A stretch of DNA of 53,478 bases, the filler included, from Jimgerdemannia flammicorona (lineage: Eukaryota), in assembly GCA_003990765.1 (NCBI GenBank). It is 3 parts of 3 records of this genome, joined end to end, with 100 filler letters (N's around TTAATTAATTAA, not from the genome) between each part and the next. Parts side by side here need not be neighbours in the genome. Positions count along the whole stretch, not along the records: positions 35,724 to 53,478 come from RBNJ01002421.1; 2 more parts are not named here. The stretch is one strand, 5' to 3'. The notes beneath the pieces are model-generated. The model ran no database searches and was not told the DNA's origin. It worked only from the letters and a program-made list of their open reading frames with translations. The position numbers and the translations under genes are program-made. Below are positions 44,855 to 53,478 of this stretch, one piece after another; position 1 is the stretch's first letter; each line of letters opens with the position of its first letter.

Positions 44855-47800
44855 CTTGTATTATATTGGAGGATATCAGGTGCAATATTTCTCTATCTAT
44901 ATATATAGACAATAATATTATTCTAGTAATGTTTTATGTTCTAGAAAGAAAGAGTCCAATTTGAGAAAATAGTAGTAGTATTTGATATGACCTCACCTAT
45001 AGTTTCAGGGTCTCATTTGTAGTTAATACAGTCATCCTATTCCAACCACACAATCTCCATAGCACTATTACTTTTGAGAAGAGCTCAGATACTATAGTTG
45101 TCATGCTTATAATAGATAATAGACTCATAAAGGCCTGGAACCAGTAAGTGGAGTAGTTTTATAAGAGTTAGATAGTCTTTTGTAAAGGTTAGGCAGGCAG
45201 TAAGGTGTCTCTTTTGTAGAACTATGTAGTTTAGCTTTTTGTCAGGCTCTACTAGTTCCTTGGCCCTACTTTGTGGTACTACTGATATAGTACTATAGTA
45301 TAGGGCCAGAATATCTGTGGAACTTAAATCTGTATTGGAATCTGACTGCTTAAAGCTACTTCTTATAGTGGGTCATTGGGCTGCAAATTCTGCATACTCT
45401 CTCTGACTTAGACTTCCTTACTAACTAGTAGCTTAGGGTTGTCTCTTGCTGCTAATAGAGGACTGCAAATTTTGCATACTCTCTCTACCAACCCTGATAT
45501 CCTCTGCCCCACTCAGGTTGCTCAAAATAGCCCCCTGCAGCTGATGAGAGGCCACAAACTCTGGCATGCTCTCTTGTCTGCTACCTTATATCTTCAGCTG
45601 AATCCTCTTTTTTTTTTTTTTTTTTTAAATATTATATAAAAATAATTTATTCATTTAACACTACAGGACTCATTCAATTTTAGCAGCCTATACTCTATCA
45701 AGACTTTATATACATGTTAGCCTGGATTGCCTCAGTATTCAGTATATATCTCTTAGGGAAAATGAGATCTACTCTACCAGAGAACACCCACTCAACTAGA
45801 GTACTGGTGGCAGAAATGACCAGATAGTCCCAAGTTATATCATATAGACTGAAGAAGACTTTTTGATACATCTGTGGCCACATACCCTGGGGTGTAGAAT
45901 GGTGGTTAGAATGGTGGTTAAAATTGGTCCAACCTCACTAACTATCTGCAAGAAGTCAACTTATCTTTCACTAGTTGAGCACCTCTATACCCTCTAGTAG
46001 AATTATATAGTTACTAGTGAGATAAATGGTAAGTTCATCTATTGACAGTAGTTCTTCTACTGATAACTCTCTCTTCCTCTTTCAGCTGAAGTAAATGTAT
46101 GATAGAAGAGATTCTTCAATATATTTATCTGAACTTTGGCTGAAACCTTGTAGTAGTACATAGTTTTTCTAGTATATTTCAATTATGACTTACTTGGCTT
46201 CATTAATATAGTACTGCTCCCAGCCCTGATCTTTATGGTATTGTAGCTTTAAGTATAGATCTAATACTGTTTTAAGAAAAGAGAGTGAGTTTTGCAAGAG
46301 TTTTTCTTTTTTTAGAAGGGCTAACTACTATACCAATATACCTATATTGATTGAGTATATGGTGACATCTGTTTTGGAGTAGTATTTTCTAAGCTTGCTC
46401 AGAGCAACCTCTATAGTATCTCTCTGATCCAGACTAAACCAGAAATCATTACTATCCTTTAGCCTATCCTTGAGCTTATCCTCTAGTCAATCAATTAAAA
46501 GATTATATATCAGTATTGCAGAGCTTATTGTCAGAGTAGTTTGTTTGACTATATTCTTTATACAATTGTTGAAATAGTAGCAGTTAAGAACAGTGAATTG
46601 TTATATTACTATGTAGAGACAGATAAAATAAATGTAGAGCTAAAGCAATTATTACATATATCCAAAACTCTGATAATATTTCTTAGTATATTCCACTCAC
46701 TTTCATCTTTAGCCTCACTCTATGTTTTCTGATCAACAGTAACTATTGAATCTATCAGCTTTTTTTTTATTTTAAAAAAATTCCATTTTGAAATTAATTA
46801 ATAATTCTTAGTTAGACAAAATAATTTGCTTCAGCTTATCAAAAAAAAAAGAGTATATACTATAGTAAACTCTAGTACATATTAGATCATTACAAATATT
46901 GAGTTCTAATATATATAGATATATATCTAATATCAGCTCTTTCAGGACTAAACTGATTGCTCTGTACTATATAGTAAATTTGTCTCATTATTGTAGAGAT
47001 AATTGGACCAATATAATTGGTTTATATAATTTGGAAACAATATTCAGGGTTCCTCTACTTTCAGATATTTTGTCTATGTGTATAAGATAATTCTGAATAG
47101 CAAGATTCAGTATGTAGGTCTGATAATATATATAACAATTTTCTGTACCAAAGGCTACATTTTTCTATTTAAGACTAACTGCTAAAATTCAGAAAAATAT
47201 TGAGTTATTTGAGATATTTTCTATCATAATAGCCAAAATCTATACTTGAAATATTCAGTTAGTAAATTTATATAAAAATAAATAACCATTAAAATCTGTT
47301 TTGTTTTAAGACTTCTCTCAAAATATCAATCTGTTAGTAAGTCTTTCCTTTTATCTTAGTTGTAATCTCAATCTCCTAGATATAACTAATAAAAGTATCT
47401 ATAATGTTTTCTCCAGAATAAAGACTAGCAAGTTTGATGAAGTCAAGGATAAGAGATTTAAGTTGCCAATTGAGGTCAATCTAATAATCAGTAGTGCCCA
47501 GAAATGAAATTACATTAGAGAATATCTATATTAATTATAAATAAAATTCTGTCTGCTGAATTCTATTTATTAAATATAAGATTAAATAAGTGAGCTTTTT
47601 ATATATATATATGTATATATATAATTCAGCTTATAATAGTTATGATATTATCTTTATTTATTTATTTTATCTAAAGTGTCTGGTGAAGATTATTGTACTC
47701 CTTCTTATATCTCCAGAATATCTTTGCAAATTATATCAGGACTTGGCAGATATAAATTATACTTAAGGAGGCCAAAGATGCTCTGAATTGATCACTCTTA

Positions 47801-48050
47801 ATAGTTGTGAATAATTAGTCTGTATATACAATTTAGTAAATAAGTCAATTTCGAAATTCTGCTAAAGAATATCATTAAATATTTTTAATTAAATGGGGTT
47901 ATTGATACAGAAATGGTCAGACAATCAGATAAATGCATCCACTATAGCTTGGATATTGATTTTATTTATTTCTGTATTCTTTTTGATTTTGTTAGAATAT
48001 TTGTCTTTTATATTGTAATGTGCCTGGCTCAATAGAGGCAAATTACCATT
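44853..48050 (-). mobile_element. hAT DNA transposon relic with intron-containing transposase pseudogene (~45680-47900)
   Basis: Minus-strand remnants SNVISFLGTTDY*IDLNWQLKSLILDFIKLASLYSGENI, IEVALSKLRKYYSKTD, VLDLYLKLQYHKDQGWEQ and DYLVISATSTLVEWVFSG. The 3' region is an inverted match to 41520-42968. Confidence 0.82.
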
Positions 48051-48063
48051 ATAGCCACAATAC

Positions 48064-51000
48064 CTTTCTCAGTTACTACTCACATTACACATACTTTTGC
48101 AATACACTTTCAAGTCGTTTATTGGAAAAAGGTACTAAGATCATAGCAAACAATATGCAAGCTAACATATGTACTAGGTCAGGTTGATCTGGGGCCTTCA
48201 ACTGGCAACATATTGGGTGAGGGTATGGATTAGGGATGGGGTCATTTGGGGGTTTGAGAGGGCAGAGTGGTTCAGGCAGTGGCACTGGTACTGGAGGAGG
48301 GGCAGGAGGGCAGCAAGGGAGGAGCTTTGCTGAGACACTGAAGAATGGAAAATGGCCTGTGGGATCTTGTAGTAGTCTGGTAGGGGGAAAGGGAAAGCAG
48401 AGAGAAGGGGAAGTGGGAGGTGTAGCATCTCAGCCAGTGGGTGGAAGGGCCAGAGGAGCAGTAGCTGAGAGTAGGGGGGGGACTGATGATGGTGGTGTGA
48501 CTGAGAATCTGGAAAAAAAATCCAGATGTGATGGTTGATAGTGCAGCTAGGCAGATGGGCCCAAAGAGGAAGAGAGACCTTGCCAATAGTATGATGGGGC
48601 TAGTGGTGGCACCATTACTCAAGAAGTTGATCTCAGAGTTTGTGGTAACCTTGTGCTTCTGGGGCTTAGCTGTGATAGTGAGGATGGTTCTGGGGATTAT
48701 CTCAGAGCAGGTAGCTGAAGCTGCCTCAGTAAAGTTCCTGAGGGGTCTGGAGGGAGTTGAGGTGGGTTTTGAGTAGACAGGCCTGCTGGAGGAAGTATTG
48801 AAATCTGGAGTAGCTGTTGGCAAGGTGGTGGTCCCTATGGTGCAGTGTTTGAGATAGGACCCCAGGATAGTTCAGTTACTGGTGAAGGGGGTTCCTATGG
48901 TGACAAAGGTTGAGACTAGGAGGAGGGTGGAGGAGGTGCTCAGGGGCACAAGAAGCAGAGGGAGCTGCTGGTGAGTATAGGAGGAGGGGAAAAGAAGAAT
49001 GTTGAGAGCAATGTGAAGTCTAGGAACATAGAGGAGAGTGTCTGGGCTAGTAAGAGTGGGAGAGATACAGAGGAGGGCCTGGATGGGGCTGGGAAGATGC
49101 TGCCCAAAGACCCATTTGCTGATAGTACATTCAAAGTCTGGGAGCCAGTCTTGGAAGATACTCCCCCTCTGGTCAGCGAGATCCTGCAGTGAGGGGTCAG
49201 GCAGCAGAGGATGAGCTAATGTGGAGTACTCAGTAAGTATACTTTGGAGTTCCAGACATGATGAAAGGAGGACAGATAGTGGCAGTTGGTGAGGATGAGC
49301 TGGTGGATATTCCAGAGGAGGGGAGGGATGAGGCTGCAAGTGTAGGGGCAGATACCATAATGCTGAATGCAGGAAGTATGGAGATACCAGGAGGAAAGGA
49401 GGTGGGAAACCTGCTGTAGATGAGCTGGATAATAGATAACTTTATGGCTGAGGAGTTGGGGGAAGTGGACCTGAGAGTGATGAGTGAGGAGTATTGGGCA
49501 TGGATTCTGCATAGTAATGGAGTGGTGGAGGTGCTGAAGGCAGAGGTACTTGCTATTTTCCTGGAGGAAGAGAGATATGAGGTTGATGAGGAGAGGAGGG
49601 CTGAGGTGGTAGTTGTTGCTAGGGAACAGGCTGCCTACTGTTGGGAGGAGCAGTATGGTTTGCAACTCTGGCAGGAGGTATGCCTGGAGTATTATGAGAA
49701 CTTTGAGGAAAAGGAGAATGGGGAGATGGCTGAGCTTCTGGTTGGGCTTGAGGTAAAGATAGCTGAAGAGGAGGAATTTGCTGCTGAACATAACTTGGAC
49801 TTGGTACAGGAGAGGTTGAATGTGGATTTGTAAAGGATGTGTTTGATAATTAACATTATTCCATGAACAGTACAACCAACATTTTCTCTCTAAATGTGAA
49901 TGGGTTAAGGGGATCTGGGTAGTGTAAGAACATTTTTACTTGGCTTAAGGGATTGGAGGCTGATCTCTTTCTACTGAAAGATATTTGGTATGAGGATGAG
50001 GAGGATCAGATGGAGTAGACTAGAGAATAGGGAGGGACTATAGCTTGGATTGGCAAAATGGCAATTCTGATGAGGAGGAGTAGAGGAGATTTGGGTGGAA
50101 TCAGGAGCTGGGGTGACTGTTTGGTCTGGAGAGAATGGCATTGACCTGGGTGGGAGCCAGTGAGAGTAGGCTCTTACTACTGCCCCATGGCTAGGGGTGT
50201 GCAGATTGTATAAATTAGGGATCTTCTGAAGGAGGGCATTCTCTTAGAGGAGAGAGTAGATGTTCTGGGAGGTGACTTTAATATAGTGTGGAATCTTCAG
50301 TTAGATAGAACTGATGGAGAGAGGAGTGTGGGTAGGAGGAGTGGTGGTCTGGATACTTGGGAGAAGGTGGAGAACCTTAGTTCCTTAGGAGATATGAGCA
50401 GAATACAGTGGGGAGAAAAGAGAGTCTATACACACTGGGTGAATAGACTGGGTATGAGAATTGACTGAATTCTGATGGCTGAATACTGGGGCATAGATGT
50501 CTGGAAGACTCTGGAGGTGGAGTGGTGCCCATGGTCTGATCACTGGGGGCTATTGGGGCAGGGACAGTTTGGGGAGAGTAGAGATAGACCTGGACATTGG
50601 TGCCTTAACTCCTCTCTGCTGGCTGAGAAAGTATTGTGGGACCAGTGGGTAGAGGACATCCAAGTAAAGATTGCTAGCTGGATACATGAGGGTTCCTCAG
50701 TGGGTGTCTATTGGATGAAGTTGAAAGAGGCTATGAGGGTTTACTGGAGAGGGGCTGGTAGGGATGCTGGGAGGCAGAGAAGGAAAAGAGTAAGGTGTGC
50801 CTCAGATCAGTTGATTAGATTACAGATAGAATGGGCAGATTTGATATCTTCTGATGAGATGGATGACTAGAGGTTGGAGCAAGTGAAATTGGAGGTAGTG
50901 GAGCTACAACAGGTACTGAGAGAGGAAGAGAAGATGCATATGAAAGGAATGGCAGCCAGGCTGAGGTGGCAGGAGCTCAAGGAGGGGGAGAGATCTACTA

Positions 51001-53478
51001 GGTACTTGTCAAGACTTCTCTAGGCTAGGAGGGTGTACCATCGATGAGATGGGGTTCTTATGCAGAAGGGAAAATGGTACATGGCATGCAACAGATCTTG
51101 GGGGTACTGAAGAAGAGGTACAGGGGTCTGTGGAGTGAGGAGGAAGGGGGTGCAGATGAAGAGGTAATTGGAGACATACTGGAGGATTGGGAACTACCAC
51201 AAGTAGAGGGCCTTAGTGACCTGATCCTATCAGTCCAAGAGGAGGAGATCCAGAGAGTCCTTGTAGCAACTAAGCTTGAGATGGTGCCAGGAGAGGATGG
51301 GTTACCTTGGGACTTTTGGAAGAAAATGGTGAAGGTCCCTGGAGTGTTAGGAGAGATGGCAGCCCTCTGCGACCATGTTCTTCTGAATGGTGAGTGGGTT
51401 GGAGAGCAGGACCTGGAGTTGGTGACCTTATTGTTCAAAGACAAGATGAGGAGGGATGACTGAAAGAACTGGAGACCAATCATGCTTCTAGATATGGACA
51501 GAAAGATGATGACTAAGGTAATTGTTGCAAGGCTACAGAAGGTTGCCCAACAGGTACTGGGTGAGGAGCAGTGGGGCTTTTTTGGAGGCAGGCTTATCAG
51601 AGATGGGACTGCCTGGGTGCATGGCATCATTGAAGGGGTACAGACTTGTGGATTGGATGGAAGGCAGGTCTTTTTGGACCAGGAGAAGGCCTATGACCAT
51701 GTTTGGCACATGTGGCTGGATAAGGTGCTGGATAGAATTAGTATTCCCCCATGTTTTCAAGCTTCTATATTGAGTCTGTTGGAGGGCAGTAGAGCAGCAC
51801 TGATGTGTAATGGCCACTGGGGTCTGGCATTTCCCTTGGGAAGAAGAGTTCCTCAGTTAGATCCACTGTCTTCTATTCTTTATATCCTCTCATTAGAACC
51901 TTTGATAGATAGGATGTGACAGAAGGTGGTAGGGCTCTCTATATATGATGTAGTGTGGAAGGTGGGGGCCTTTGTAGATGATATAGTAGTTGGACTTGGC
52001 TCAGTGGTAGATGTTAAGGAACTTAAGAAGATGGTAGAATGGTATGAGGCTCACTCTGGGGCAAAACTCAACTAGCATAAGTATGAGACAATAGTGCTGG
52101 AGAATGAGCTTGTGGGAGGGGACATCATTGGAACAATTGTTCCTACAGGAGAGGTGATATAGTATCTGGGTATCTTCCTTTCAGGATATGGTTCTGTCTT
52201 GCCATAGGGGTGATGGGAGAGGAGTGTGGCCATTTGGGGAGAGGCTCTTAGAGGTTGGGGAGGTCAACACATCTCCCTAGCAGGCCAGGTATCAATTCTG
52301 AATATCTACTGGTTCCCCAAGCTATGATATATTGTGTATCACTTAGACTTTCTAGCTTGGGTGGTGAAGAGACTGATGAAACTGGCTAGAGATTGGGTTT
52401 GGGCAGAGAGGTAGTTACAGATCAGTTGGGACACTCTTGCAATACCAGTGGTTCAGAGAGGGCTAGGCCTAGTGGATTTTCCTAGGAGGCTACATTGTCT
52501 GCAAGCTTGGTGGTTGAAAAGGGCTGTTGAATTGCAGAGTGGGAATTGGGTGCCACTGATGCAGAAGGTTTGGAAGATGAGATTCTCTCCATAAGGGTCC
52601 TCAGGAGATTTGTTATCTCTGGTGGACCTGAATAGAAGCCAATAGCTATAGTATAAAGGCTTCTGATGGGGGGTGGTGGATGGAGCACACTGCATAGGTC
52701 TGCACTAGCAGAGCAATAAGAGAGAGATGCTGTAGGGTCCAGCTATGTAGAGATGGAACAGACTGCTTCTGGGAGGTATTCCACTTGCTGAGTTTGATAT
52801 TAGTGATGGAGTGGAGTGTCAGCAGAGACTTGGTCAGGATCTTTGGCCAAGTAGTTAGCAGGCAGTGAGGATTGATAAGGAGTGGGACTGGGCAGTTGTC
52901 TGGTCATAGAGTGCTGAGGTGTGGAGGTGGCTTCCTCCCAAGTTTTGGGTGGCATGGTAGCAGGTATTGTAGAGGAATGTTATGTTGAATTTCCATACTG
53001 GACATCTGGTGGATGGTGGGCAATTAGATTGTGAGGAGTGCTATAATGTAGGGCAAGTTGGAGGATTTGTACAGATGCCTGAACATTGGCTGGAAGAATG
53101 TGAGGTTCTGGGGGACTTTTGGATAGTAGTAGGAGACTGGCTGGGTGTGAAGAGGAGGCTGGACAGAGAGAGAGGTCGTTGGGAGAATTTGAAATCTAGG
53201 TTAGTGAGTAGTATGGGTAATGGGTGGCTCACTGTAGGGTGGGTTTTGGCTGTATAGGTAGGGCTGACTGGACATTGGCTCTTTGTTTTTGAGGAGAGGT
53301 GACAGATAGATATACAGGAGAAGTTGTTAAGATGGGAGGGGTTGATGGAAGATTTGCTGACAGGGTGGTGGGTTGGTTGGGGTCCCCAGGGTGGGTAATG
53401 TTGCTGTCTGGTAGAAGAGATCTGTAAATAGAGTAGTGGGCAGATGGTGATGGTGAATGACACCATAGTCTTTCATCA
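48064..53478 (+). mobile_element. Near full-length decayed LINE copy H (ORF1 to 49833 with an internal deletion at ~48940; ORF2 from 49863 to the window end)
   Basis: 5' motif CTTTCTCAGTTACTAC and APE/RT/CCHC remnants (SDHW, PGEDGLPW, LDQEKAYD, CEEC...EHWLEEC). Confidence 0.92.

Noticed and set aside
43390..47090. Short AT-rich ORFs from the track as genes
   Set aside because: Chance frames in decayed repeats. The only recognisable motifs are hAT remnants on the minus strand.
35724..53478. LINE-hAT-spacer-hAT-LINE symmetry as one giant palindrome or inverted duplication
   Set aside because: LINEs G and H sit at different positions relative to the hAT transposase and have private deletions, so they are independent insertions.

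Overview
This is eukaryotic, probably fungal, DNA (short GT-AG introns with CTAAC/CTAAT branch sites). It consists of three contigs joined by artificial N44-TTAATTAATTAA-N44 linkers and is mostly a nested transposon cluster. It holds nine copies or fragments of an extremely G-rich, Trp-rich L1/Tx1-type LINE family, one of them with intact reading frames. There is an internally deleted Ty3/Gypsy chromovirus-like element with ~2-kb LTRs, two inverted hAT relics, and two copies of an unclassified repeat ending in a GATC-type array. One CpG-retaining island holds a multi-exon gene with a SAM-like domain and a P-loop. The repeats show strong C->T/G->A decay, clearest at CpG. The best candidate for a new system is a 365-codon, frameshift-free ORF inside the U3 region of both LTRs, encoding an acidic/aromatic protein with PPxY-type motifs. 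Next are the LINE oddities: all eight copies with a visible ORF1 keep the same CTTTC 5' end, F/Y are repeatedly replaced by W, the endonuclease has QD instead of QE, and ORF1 has no zinc knuckle. All calls are from manual reading; no database searches were run.
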